From Dehalococcoidia bacterium (GTDB lineage Bacteria > Chloroflexota > Dehalococcoidia > UBA2979), in the NCBI GenBank assembly GCA_964291495.2, contig OZ219872.1:672001-736000 (forward strand): a stretch of 64,000 nucleotides of DNA. The letters are read 5' to 3'. Shown here in pieces: positions 1 through 8,763 of this stretch. Within the stretch, counting starts at the first letter, position 1, and each line of letters begins with the position of its first letter. Position numbers and translations under genes: made by a program. The notes beneath the pieces are model-generated. The model worked only from the letters and a program-made list of their open reading frames with translations, was not told where the DNA came from and made no database searches.

Positions 1-1
1 G

Positions 2-412
2 GTCATCTACCTGATCCGGGCCGAGCCCGCGATCCTGGCCGACGAGCCGGCCTTCGAACTACCCGAGCACGGACGGCCGCTGCCCGAGCGGTTCCCGGCC
101 GCCTCTCTGCTCGAGGGCGACCAGACGGTGACGGAGCTGTTCTGGAGCAGCCAGCCCGGCGTCTCCGGGTACCAGGTGATGGTGCTCGCGCCCGGGTCGT
201 CGTTCGACATCGCCGACCTCTACCGCGAGCGCATCGAGGCGGAGGGCTGGGAGATCGTCGAGGACCAGGCCGTGGGCTTCTCGACGATCCTCGAATTCGC
301 CTCGGAGGACCGCGCCCTGCAGGGCACCGCCTCGTTCGACACGTTCGAGGACAACGAGGATTACACGCAGATCACGCTGCAGATCCAGAGCGCGGGTACG
401 TCGCCGAACTGA
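2..412 (+). CDS. Hypothetical protein, 5'-truncated by the window edge
   Basis: Frame of ORF 128..412 is open back to base 2 (VIYLIRAEPAIL...); host-like codon usage. Confidence 0.7.
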   Translation, partial: VIYLIRAEPAILADEPAFELPEHGRPLPERFPAASLLEGDQTVTELFWSSQPGVSGYQVMVLAPGSSFDIADLYRERIEAEGWEIVEDQAVGFSTILEFASEDRALQGTASFDTFEDNEDYTQITLQIQSAGTSPN

Positions 413-521
413 CGCCGCCGGCGCGCGCGGCCGCGCGCCTGTGCCAGAATGCTTACCGGTCCCGCCCTCGCCGTCCCGAAGCGACCCCGAGGGCGCAACG
501 CCGGGAAGCGGCGGCGGCGCG

Positions 522-929
522 GTGAGCGCACAGACCTGCGGATTCGGATCGGGCTTCCTGCGTCGCGGCTGCAGCCGCGACGCCATCACCGACTGCGTCT
601 ACTGCGGCCGCCCCTTCTGCGAGGAGCACGGCGAGCGCGCCGAGGACTACATGGACGTCTGCGCCGGCAAGCGCTGCAGCGAGAAGCTCCGCGACGTGCG
701 AGCGCACTCGGAGTGGCGGCAGCGCGTGTCGGAGGCGAACCAGGTGAGCGTCTGCGCCCTCGACGGTTGCGCGGAGCGGATGCGCCACCAGTGCTCGCGC
801 TGCCGCCTGCTGTTCTGCCCGGAGCACATTCGCGAGCGGGAGATCGCCGACCACTCGGTGCAACCGCCCGCGAAGGTGCTGGCCGTCGTCTGCGCTCACT
901 GCCAGGAGCGACGCAAGCTCTGGGACTGA
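522..929 (+). CDS. Cys/His-rich tandem zinc-finger protein (AN1/B-box-like), paralog 1
   Basis: Two C-x-C-x-CxxC-x4-CxxH units plus terminal CAHC; GTG at 522 chosen by alignment with the paralog at 1057. Confidence 0.8.
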   Translation: MSAQTCGFGSGFLRRGCSRDAITDCVYCGRPFCEEHGERAEDYMDVCAGKRCSEKLRDVRAHSEWRQRVSEANQVSVCALDGCAERMRHQCSRCRLLFCPEHIREREIADHSVQPPAKVLAVVCAHCQERRKLWD

Positions 930-1056
930 GCGCGGGCGCCCGTCGAGGTGGCGCGAGAGGGCGCGGCCACCGCGCACGTGCCACAATGCTCGTAATCAAT
1001 CCTCGGCGCCCGGACTCCAGGTCCAGGACCGTAGGCGCCGGGATCGGCGGTCCGCC

Positions 1057-1545
1057 GTGAGAGCACAAGGCTGCAAGTTCGGATCGAGTTTCCTGCGCCG
1101 CGGCTGCGGCCGCCGCGCCGTCAGCGAGTGCGTCTACTGCGCCCGCCCCTTCTGCGGCGCGCACGGCGAGCGCGGCGAGGACTACACCCACGTCTGCGCC
1201 GGCAGGCGCTGCCGCGCGAAGCTCGAGGACCTGCGCGAGCAGACGGAGTGGCGGGCGCGCGTCGCCGCGTCGAACGGGCGAAACGAGTGCGCCCTCGAGG
1301 GCTGCCAGGAGCGGATGCGTCACCAGTGCTCGCGCTGCCGCTTGCTGTTCTGCCGGGAGCATGTCCGCCCGCCGGACATCCGCGACCGCTCGCTGGCGAG
1401 CACCTTCGACAAGATCATCCACGGCCGCGCACTGCTGACCGTCGCCAGCCTGCCGGCAGGGCGACCCGAACAGCTCCTCCCAGCGGACGCGGGACCCGCG
1501 CTCGTCTGCGCCCACTGCGCCACGCGTCCCCGGACATCGAGCTAG
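1057..1545 (+). CDS. Cys/His-rich tandem zinc-finger protein, paralog 2
   Basis: Same pattern (FLRRGC, CVYC-RPFC--HGER, ERMRHQCSRCRLLFC-EH, VCAHC) with an insertion before the last CxxC. Confidence 0.8.
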   Translation: MRAQGCKFGSSFLRRGCGRRAVSECVYCARPFCGAHGERGEDYTHVCAGRRCRAKLEDLREQTEWRARVAASNGRNECALEGCQERMRHQCSRCRLLFCREHVRPPDIRDRSLASTFDKIIHGRALLTVASLPAGRPEQLLPADAGPALVCAHCATRPRTSS

Positions 1546-1580
1546 CCACGAACTGATTCGCCCCGCGGGCCCCGTCTCCC

Positions 1581-3263
1581 TCAGGCTTCGCCCAGCCCGA
1601 GCGACCCCGCACCGCGGTGCTCGGCGATCGGGTCGGTGCCCGGGGCGACGCGGGTCCAGCGCGCCAGCTCGCGATGCACGTCCGCCGCGACGGCGATCGG
1701 CCGTCCGGCGAGCGCCTCGGCGGCGACGGCCCCCGAGGGGTCGACCACGTACGCGCCACCCGCCTCCTCGGGACCGGCCGAGGCGGCCAGCCAGACGCGG
1801 TTCTCCGCGGCGCGCGTCCGCGCGAGGGCGCGCAGCGCCTCGGGCGCAAGGCCGGGCAGCGGCTGCGCGCACCAGACCAGCAGCTCAGCGCCCTGCAGCC
1901 GCAGCCCGCGCGCCGGCTCCGGCGCGAGCCCGTCGCCGGCGAGCAGCAGCCCGATCCGCCCGAGGCGCGTCTCCACCAGCGGCGGCGGGTCGGCGCCGGG
2001 GCTGTAGCCGGCGGCACGCTCGGCCCCGTCGAGGTGCGCCTGCCGGCAGGACGCGATCACCTCACCGCCGTCGAGCAGCGAGAGCCGCTTGTAGGTGGCC
2101 CCGCCGGCGCGCTCGGCCAGGCCCACGGCGAGCATCACGCCGGCGTCCCTGCTGAGCGTCCGCAGCAGCGGCAGCAGCTCCGCCTCGGCCAGCGCGTGCG
2201 CGTCCGCCCTCGCGAGATCCGGCAGCACGACGAGCTCCGCACCCTGCGTGGCAAGCGTGCCGACGAGGGCGCGCAGTCGCTCCATCAGCGCCACGGCGGA
2301 TGGCGTGACCTCGATGGCCGCGGCGGCCACCCGCACGATCTCCTCGTCCACTGGCAGGTGCGGATCCGCGAGAGATTCGCCCGGAAGAGCCACACCGCCG
2401 TACAGCTCAAGACGCGGCTCGACCGGCGGGCCGCTCGCCTCGTCGAGGTCGACGACGGCGTGGACGATGCCGGGGCTGTCGCTCGGCGCCTGCGCGCGCC
2501 AGCGCCCGCGCGGATCGACGACGCCGCTGCGCCCGGCGTAGACGATGCTGTCAGCCTCGACGCCGACCTTGTCGGCGGCGGCGATCCAGGCGCCGTTCTC
2601 GATCGCGCGCGCGGCCAGCATGTAGTCGACCTGCGGGTTGGAGAGCGCCGCCGGATCGCGGCCCGAGGAGACCCAGGCCGTGCAATCGACCAGCAGCTCC
2701 GCACCGCCCAGCGCGAGCTCGCGCGTGATCTCCGGCAGACGGCCGTCGGAGCAGATGAAGAGCCCGGCCTGGCCGACCGCTTCGGCTGTGCCCGTTGGGG
2801 CTCCCTCGAGGGCGACCGGCGCGCCTGCCTCGCCGGGCGTGAACCAGTGGCGGTCGAAGTGCCAGAGGAAGCGCTTCGGCTGCCGGGCGGCCACGCGCCC
2901 GTCGCGCCCGAACAGCACCGCCACGTTGCGCAGCAGGCCGCCGTCCGCCGCATCGCCGCCGCCCCGCTGGACGAGGCCGACCGCGATCGCGCAGCCGTGG
3001 CGCGCCGCGTGCTCGCCGATGATCTCCTCGACCTCGTCATCGGCGTAGACGTTGGCCGCCTCGTAGGCCTCGCGCGAGTGCAGGTAGTAGGCAGGGTAGC
3101 TCGCCTCGGGCAGCACGATCAGGTCCGGCGGCCCGGCCGGCGCGCCGGCCGCGGCCTCGTCGATGCGGCGCAGCACCTCCTGCCACGCCGCCTCGTGATC
3201 CGCCAACTCGAAGGCGGGGAGCTGCAGCAGGGCGAGGCGCAGCGTGCGGCCGCCGTCGCTCAT
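1581..3263 (-). CDS. Carbon-nitrogen hydrolase (nitrilase superfamily) with two tandem domains
   Basis: LPEASYPAY (E), QPKRFLW (K), FICSDGRLPE (C), ARAIENG; second domain repeats the fold (TRAAENRV); ATG at 3263 after GAGGGGG. Confidence 0.85.
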   Translation of the reverse strand: MSDGGRTLRLALLQLPAFELADHEAAWQEVLRRIDEAAAGAPAGPPDLIVLPEASYPAYYLHSREAYEAANVYADDEVEEIIGEHAARHGCAIAVGLVQRGGGDAADGGLLRNVAVLFGRDGRVAARQPKRFLWHFDRHWFTPGEAGAPVALEGAPTGTAEAVGQAGLFICSDGRLPEITRELALGGAELLVDCTAWVSSGRDPAALSNPQVDYMLAARAIENGAWIAAADKVGVEADSIVYAGRSGVVDPRGRWRAQAPSDSPGIVHAVVDLDEASGPPVEPRLELYGGVALPGESLADPHLPVDEEIVRVAAAAIEVTPSAVALMERLRALVGTLATQGAELVVLPDLARADAHALAEAELLPLLRTLSRDAGVMLAVGLAERAGGATYKRLSLLDGGEVIASCRQAHLDGAERAAGYSPGADPPPLVETRLGRIGLLLAGDGLAPEPARGLRLQGAELLVWCAQPLPGLAPEALRALARTRAAENRVWLAASAGPEEAGGAYVVDPSGAVAAEALAGRPIAVAADVHRELARWTRVAPGTDPIAEHRGAGSLGLGEA

Positions 3264-3285
3264 CGCGCCCCCCTCGCGAGGCCGC

Positions 3286-4062
3286 CTAGCCCTCGACCAC
3301 CGGGTTGCGCAGCACCCCGACGCCGCCGATCTCGACCGAGACGATGTCGCCGTCGGCAAGCTGATGCGTCTCGCCGGGCGTGCCGGTGAAGATCAGGTCG
3401 CCGCGCTCCAGCGTCATGGCGCTCGAGATGTGGGCGATGCAGCGCCGGATCGAGTGGATCAGGTCGGCCGTCGTCGCCTGCTGGATCACCTCGCCGTTGA
3501 GCCGCACGGCAAGCGGGATCGCCTCCGGATCGAGGCCGGTCGCGATCCAGGGGCCGACGGCGGTGAAGGTGTCGGCGGACTTGGCGCGCCACCACTGCAG
3601 ATCGCCGCGCTGCCAGGGGCGCGCGGAGACGTCGTTGCCGCAGGTGTAGCCGAGGACGTGGTCGTCGACGCGCTCCTCGGGGATGTTGCGCCCGCGGCGG
3701 CCGATCACGGCGACGACCTCGCCCTCCTCGTCGACGCGGCCCGCGCCGGGCGGCAGCACGATTGCCTCGCCGGGGCCGATCACGGAGCTGGGCGTCTTGA
3801 TGAACGGCTCCGGCTGCGCCGGGGCCGGACGGGCGCCCGCCGATTGCGCCGCGCCGGAGTCGAGGTGGCTGCGATAGTTCAGGCCGATCGCCAGCACCTT
3901 CGTCGGTCGCGTCGGCGCGAGCAGCCGCGCCTCCTCGAGCGGCACGACCTCGCCGCTGCGCTCGCGCCGGCCGAAGAGGCCGCCGCGGATCAGGTGCAGC
4001 GCGCCGTCCTCGACGATCGCATGCACCACCTTGCCCCGAACTCGTGCCCGTGCGAGCAGCAC
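3286..4062 (-). CDS. Fumarylacetoacetate hydrolase family protein
   Basis: IGLNYRSH, EPFIK, VDEEGEV, GYTCGNDVSAR, KSADTF, GDLIFTGTP. Confidence 0.9.
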   Translation of the reverse strand: MLLARARVRGKVVHAIVEDGALHLIRGGLFGRRERSGEVVPLEEARLLAPTRPTKVLAIGLNYRSHLDSGAAQSAGARPAPAQPEPFIKTPSSVIGPGEAIVLPPGAGRVDEEGEVVAVIGRRGRNIPEERVDDHVLGYTCGNDVSARPWQRGDLQWWRAKSADTFTAVGPWIATGLDPEAIPLAVRLNGEVIQQATTADLIHSIRRCIAHISSAMTLERGDLIFTGTPGETHQLADGDIVSVEIGGVGVLRNPVVEG

Positions 4063-4229
4063 CGCACCCTCCTCCGGCTGCGCCGCGCGCGGCTCCGCGC
4101 GGCCTCGATCGCGCCGGTGCGCATGCTACGATGCCCGGCGCCGCTCGCGCGTCACCGGCGGCGAGATCGCAGGGGATCGCGCGGCAACTCAAGCCCGTGC
4201 GACCCCCTCCGCACGACGAGGAGCCACTG

Positions 4230-5432
4230 CTGCTCGGGATCCACCACACGCTCTCGCGCCGCACGGAGCCCTTCAGACCGATCGAGGATCTCCGCGTCCG
4301 CATGTACGTCTGCGGCATCACGCCCTACGACGCCGGGCACCTCGGACACGCGCTCACCTACGTCGTCTTCGATGTCGTGCGGCGCTACCTCGAGTTCCAG
4401 TCCTTCGAGGTCGAGCACATCCAGAACATCACCGACGTCGACGACGACATGGTGCGCGTCTCCGCCGAGCGCGGCCTCTCGATCGCCGAGCTGACAGAGG
4501 AAACGCACACGCAGTTCGTGCGCGACATGGACGCGCTCAACGTGCTGCGCCCGGACGCCTACCCGCGCGTCTCCGGCAGCATCCCCGAGATCGTCGAGCT
4601 GATCTCGCTGCTGCTGGAGCGAGGGCACGCCTACGAGTCCGAAGGCCACGTCTTCTTCGAGGCACGCAGCGCGCCCGCCTTCGGCGCGCTGAGCGGGATG
4701 ACGGCGGACCAGCTGCGCAACGCCCCCCGCACGGACACGATGCCCGAGGAGCCCGAGCACCTGAAGCGCGACCCGCTCGACTTCCTGCTCTGGCAGCCCT
4801 CGGACTACCCCGGCGCCGCCTTCGACGCGCCGTGGGGGCGCGGCCGCCCCGGCTGGCACATCGAGTGCTCGGCGATGGCGCGCGCCAACCTCGGCGATCG
4901 GATCGACATCCACGGCGGCGGGAGCGATCTGGTTTACCCGCACCACGAGTCCGAGATCGTGCAGTCCGAGCACGCGACGGGGGCGGCGCCGTTCGTCGGC
5001 TGCTGGATGCACATCGGCACGCTCACGCTGGACGGCGTGAAGATGTCCAAGTCGCTCGGCAACCTCGTCAAGGTCGGCGAGCTGCTGGATGCGGGGCACG
5101 AGCCCGATGCGATCCGCCTCGCGTTGCTCGGCACGCACTATCGCGAGGAGCACCCCTGGACCGACGCCGTCCTCGAGCGCGCCGAGGAGCAGGCGGCGCT
5201 CCTCCGCCGCGCTGCGGCGAGCCGCGGCGGGCCACCCGACCAGCTGCGCGTCCAACCGCTGCGCAACGAGTTCATGGACGCGATGGACGACGACTTCGAC
5301 ACCCCGCGCGCCATCGACACCCTCCTCGCCATCGCCCGCGACATCGAGTCCGGCGCCCTCCACGGCGCGACGGCCATCCCCGCGCTCGTCGAGCTTGCCG
5401 GAGTGCTGGGGCTGATGCTGGGGCGAGAGTAG
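4230..5432 (+). CDS. Cysteinyl-tRNA synthetase paralog / MshC-like cysteine ligase lacking an anticodon-binding domain
   Basis: [55 protein letters not shown]; about 400 aa. Start uncertain: CTG at 4230 after GAGGAG, or GTG at 4197. Confidence 0.8.
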   Translation: MLGIHHTLSRRTEPFRPIEDLRVRMYVCGITPYDAGHLGHALTYVVFDVVRRYLEFQSFEVEHIQNITDVDDDMVRVSAERGLSIAELTEETHTQFVRDMDALNVLRPDAYPRVSGSIPEIVELISLLLERGHAYESEGHVFFEARSAPAFGALSGMTADQLRNAPRTDTMPEEPEHLKRDPLDFLLWQPSDYPGAAFDAPWGRGRPGWHIECSAMARANLGDRIDIHGGGSDLVYPHHESEIVQSEHATGAAPFVGCWMHIGTLTLDGVKMSKSLGNLVKVGELLDAGHEPDAIRLALLGTHYREEHPWTDAVLERAEEQAALLRRAAASRGGPPDQLRVQPLRNEFMDAMDDDFDTPRAIDTLLAIARDIESGALHGATAIPALVELAGVLGLMLGRE

Positions 5433-5686
5433 CGGGCCCGTTGTCAGAGAGACTGCCGCCAGCCAGAGCATCAGGGGGAGCCGGAAAGAGTAAACTGTAA
5501 ACTATGGGTAGCTGAGTTGGACAAGGCTCAACCCACGCAGCCCGGCCAGTCGAGCGGAGCGGCCGAAGCTGCGGCACAGAGGATCCGCGTCGTGTAGGAT
5601 GCGTCGGCGTTGCAGCGGGATGGGGGCGGAGACTTGCGCGCACTTGTTATTCGGCGCGTCTGGACGCAGCAGGTAGCTAGCCAACA

Positions 5687-6394
5687 ATGCGCTGCGCCGT
5701 AGTCGAGGTCAGGCTGGACCTCGAGTCTGACATCGCCTTACCGACGCCGAGCGACGTTGTGCGGGAGGTTGTTGGCCGTGCCGGAAGTGAAGCCTTGGCT
5801 CCCCCGAACGCGCCGACACTCGTGCCGTCGGCTCAAGTACGAGTTCCGGCCAAGCGGCTCGGCGTCCTCGTCTCTGGCCACTCGTGGAGCGTTCGTAGTG
5901 AGCACCTAACCGATGCCGAATCGATGTTCCGAGATGTGGTGGAGCAGTTTAGGCTCGCCGAGAGCTTCTATGCGGAAGCCGCAGCGCGATCCGTCACCGT
6001 CAGTTCGCATTGGATCGAGCCGCTCGATATGAGATGGAGCGACCTTGTACGGGCCTACGTTCGCGCGTTCTACAGGCCCGAGACGCTTCCTCCCGAGGCG
6101 AGCGATGCAACCGTGGTATTCGATGTTGCCCGGGACAATGGTGAGGATACGTACCAAAGTGGTCCGATGGAGAAGAACCAGCTTGTCGGAGAGTACTTGA
6201 ACTTCTGGGACGCCGATGAACCAGGTCTACCGGAGGTTCTGTTCTTCTTCGCTCACCGAGCGTTGATTCGCACCGATGCCTCGATGGACCCGAGCACAGT
6301 GGAAGAAACCTCTCGGCGAGCGCTGGACCGCGCGATGTCGTTCGCCGAGAATCACTACTCGCAGTTCGCGCAGAGCATTGGAGTGTCAACATGA
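5687..6394 (+). CDS. Hypothetical protein, possibly TIGR04255-like; gene 1 of the cassette
   Basis: 235-aa ORF with N-terminal AVVEVRL strand reminiscent of that family (recalled pattern only); overlaps next gene by ATGA. Confidence 0.65.
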   Translation: MRCAVVEVRLDLESDIALPTPSDVVREVVGRAGSEALAPPNAPTLVPSAQVRVPAKRLGVLVSGHSWSVRSEHLTDAESMFRDVVEQFRLAESFYAEAAARSVTVSSHWIEPLDMRWSDLVRAYVRAFYRPETLPPEASDATVVFDVARDNGEDTYQSGPMEKNQLVGEYLNFWDADEPGLPEVLFFFAHRALIRTDASMDPSTVEETSRRALDRAMSFAENHYSQFAQSIGVST

Positions 6395-6885
6395 CGACTG
6401 CGACCCGTACTGCGCCGACAGCGTTCCGTCCGGACTCTGATGAGTCGGAACGGCAGTCCAGATCCTGGGACATGCCCGCTGTGCAAGACAGCGTCGTCGT
6501 TGAGCCAGCACCGCCTCAGGTCACAAGTGTGTGGATGGACTTCATCTCCCGACTGCTCAAGTACGTCGAGTGGGAGCCTGGCTGGGACGGCGGAAACGCC
6601 GAGCACATTGATCATTCGACAGCGCGGACGGCACTTGAGACTGCGGAGAGCATGCAAGCAGTCGCGCCCGTTCCCTTCGTTGCGCCGGCCCCGAGCGGGT
6701 CACTGCTCCTGCAGTGGGATTTCCCGGATGGCACGTCCGTCGAGGTCTATGTGGACAACGAAGCCGACTTCCCTGAGTGGGCCGCCCTCACACGTGCAGG
6801 GGTCGTCTATGAGATTGAGTTGACGGGGCCGGCAGGCCTCCGCGCTCTTCTCCAACAGCGAGTGCCGGTCACAACGGCTGGTTAG
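6391..6885 (+). CDS. Hypothetical protein with W-x-P-G-W-D-G motif; putative antitoxin/partner
   Basis: EWEPGWDGGNAEHID ... PAPSGSLLLQW; coupled to both neighbours. Confidence 0.7.
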   Translation: MTTATRTAPTAFRPDSDESERQSRSWDMPAVQDSVVVEPAPPQVTSVWMDFISRLLKYVEWEPGWDGGNAEHIDHSTARTALETAESMQAVAPVPFVAPAPSGSLLLQWDFPDGTSVEVYVDNEADFPEWAALTRAGVVYEIELTGPAGLRALLQQRVPVTTAG

Positions 6886-7358
6886 TGGCTCCGTCGACCG
6901 ATGAGCCGGAGCCCGTCGCGGCCAACGAGGAGCAGGCGCTCCGGCTGATTCACGAGGATTGGGTCAAGGACGGCCAGCTAACGAGCGTCGCATTCAAGAC
7001 TCGCGGCCCGGATAGCCCAAACTATGTGGCCGTGTCCATGTTCATCAAGGAGCGCCTCCCCGATGGGGATGGCGCTTGCCTGCACACCCGCCAATTCGCT
7101 TCGCACGGTCGCGCCCGACTCCAAGTCCGACACATCCGCGCCGTTACATACATGGCCGGGGACGGTGAACGGCGCCCAGGTTTTGATCTTCTGATGACTG
7201 GAACTGCCGAGCCCCCGTTGGATGCGTTCGGGAAGGCCCACGCTGAGCTGCGAGGCCCAACCCAGCGACCTGCAGCTGCAAAGGCTCTGGCAGTCGCGTT
7301 CAACGAGCATGGTCACATCGAAAAGGCTCCAGAACGGGACGATCGCGCGAGCGACTAA
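6885..7358 (+). CDS. Hypothetical protein, putative ADP-ribosyltransferase-fold toxin
   Basis: Ordered motifs ALRLI / TSVAF / AVSMF / AHAEL; TAGTG overlap with the upstream gene. Confidence 0.6.
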   Translation: MAPSTDEPEPVAANEEQALRLIHEDWVKDGQLTSVAFKTRGPDSPNYVAVSMFIKERLPDGDGACLHTRQFASHGRARLQVRHIRAVTYMAGDGERRPGFDLLMTGTAEPPLDAFGKAHAELRGPTQRPAAAKALAVAFNEHGHIEKAPERDDRASD

Positions 7359-7434
7359 CGCTGCACGCGTGTTCGCTACGTCGTAGCCTCCGATCCTGTA
7401 GTACGCTCGTTGCCCTGCGGCCTGGGAGGGCGCT

Positions 7435-8763
7435 GTGCTCGAAATCGGCGGCGGACTGTTCGCCGTCCTCTTCCTTGTATTCCTCAACGGCTTCTTCGTC
7501 GCTGCCGAGTTCGCGCTCGTCACCGTGCGGAGCACGCGCGTGCAGCAGCTCCTCGCCGAGGGGACGCCCGGCTCGCGCAATGTCGACGACGGCGTACGCA
7601 ACCTCGACAGCTACATCGCCGCCTGCCAGCTCGGCATCACGCTCGCCAGCCTCGCCCTCGGCTGGATCGGCGAGCCGGCCGTGGCCGGCCTGCTCGAGCC
7701 CGTCGTCGGCCCGATCGGCGGGCACGCCCTCGCCGTGGCGATCGCCTTCACCATTATCACCGCGCTGCACGTGATCGCCGGCGAACTCGCGCCCAAGGGC
7801 GTAGCGCTGCAGTACCCGGAGCGCGTCGCGCTGCTCATCGCCGGTCCGCTGCGCCTCTTCCGCGCCGTCTTCCGCCCCGCCATCTGGCTGCTCAACGAGA
7901 GCGGCTGGGTCATCTCGAGGCTGCTCGGTGTCAGCCGCAGCGTCGAGTCCCGCGCGCACCTCGGCTCCGAGGAGTTGCGCCTCGTGGTGCGCGCGAGCCG
8001 CGACGCCGGCGAGCTGAACGCGCAGCAGGAGTTCATGCTGCAGCGCGTGATCCGCTTCTCCAGCCTCAACGTGGAGAGCGTGATGGCCCCCCGCCCCGAG
8101 GTGATCGCGATCCCCGCCGACATGCCCGTCGCCGAGGCCACTGCCTTCGCCAAGGAGCACCGCCACTCGCGCTACCCCGTCTTCCGCGACGACCTCGACA
8201 ACGTGATCGGCGTGCTGCACGCGCGCGATCTGCTGCTGGTCGAGGGCGACGCCTCGCTGGACTCGCTGGTGCGCGAGCCGCTGATGGTGCCGGCGCAGCT
8301 GAGCGTGCAGGAGCTGCTGCAACTGATGCGCGTGCGCCGCACCCAGTTCGCGATCGCCGTCGACGAGTACGGCGGCACGGACGGCATCGTCACGCTCGAG
8401 AACGTGCTCGAGGAGATCGTCGGCGAGCTGCAGGACGAGTTCGAGGTCCCCGAGGAGATCGCCGTGCGCCGCCCCGGCGGCATCGTGCGCATCGACGCCG
8501 CCGAGAGCGTGGACGCGCTTGGCGAGCTGCTCGGCATCGAGGTGGAGCCCGGCCCCTACAAGACGGTTGCGGGCCTGTTGCTCGAACACCTGCGCGAGAT
8601 CCCGCAGGTCGGCGACACCGTCGACCTCGGCGGCTACCAGTTCGCGATCGCGGAGATGGACGACCTGCGCATCGCCGCCGTCGAGGCGCGCCGGCTGGAC
8701 GCCGACCCCCCGACGGAGGCGGCGGCCGAGAGCCCCGCTCCGACTCGCGAGGCCATCCCCTGA
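7435..8763 (+). CDS. Hemolysin-family / CNNM (DUF21-CBS-CorC) membrane protein
   Basis: LNGFFVAAEFALV, CQLGITLASLALGWIGEP, GELAPK, HSRYPV, VDEYGGTDGIVTLENVLEEIVGE. Confidence 0.92.
   Translation: MLEIGGGLFAVLFLVFLNGFFVAAEFALVTVRSTRVQQLLAEGTPGSRNVDDGVRNLDSYIAACQLGITLASLALGWIGEPAVAGLLEPVVGPIGGHALAVAIAFTIITALHVIAGELAPKGVALQYPERVALLIAGPLRLFRAVFRPAIWLLNESGWVISRLLGVSRSVESRAHLGSEELRLVVRASRDAGELNAQQEFMLQRVIRFSSLNVESVMAPRPEVIAIPADMPVAEATAFAKEHRHSRYPVFRDDLDNVIGVLHARDLLLVEGDASLDSLVREPLMVPAQLSVQELLQLMRVRRTQFAIAVDEYGGTDGIVTLENVLEEIVGELQDEFEVPEEIAVRRPGGIVRIDAAESVDALGELLGIEVEPGPYKTVAGLLLEHLREIPQVGDTVDLGGYQFAIAEMDDLRIAAVEARRLDADPPTEAAAESPAPTREAIP

Larger units (their letters stand above)
5433..7400. other. 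Compositionally distinct insert carrying three coupled hypothetical genes
   Basis: Visibly more A/T and A/T-ending codons than the flanks; no integrase or target duplication seen; boundaries approximate. Confidence 0.65.

Noticed and set aside
4230-5432. Assigning cysS or mshC as gene symbol
   Set aside because: Motifs are mixed and the anticodon domain is missing; cannot decide without a phylogeny
5433-7400. IS element or prophage remnant
   Set aside because: No transposase/integrase motifs, terminal inverted repeats or target-site duplication seen
7410-8759. N-terminal extension of the 898-aa ORF
   Set aside because: Off-frame overlap with the CNNM gene; Arg-rich nonsense sequence; only the MFS part is credible
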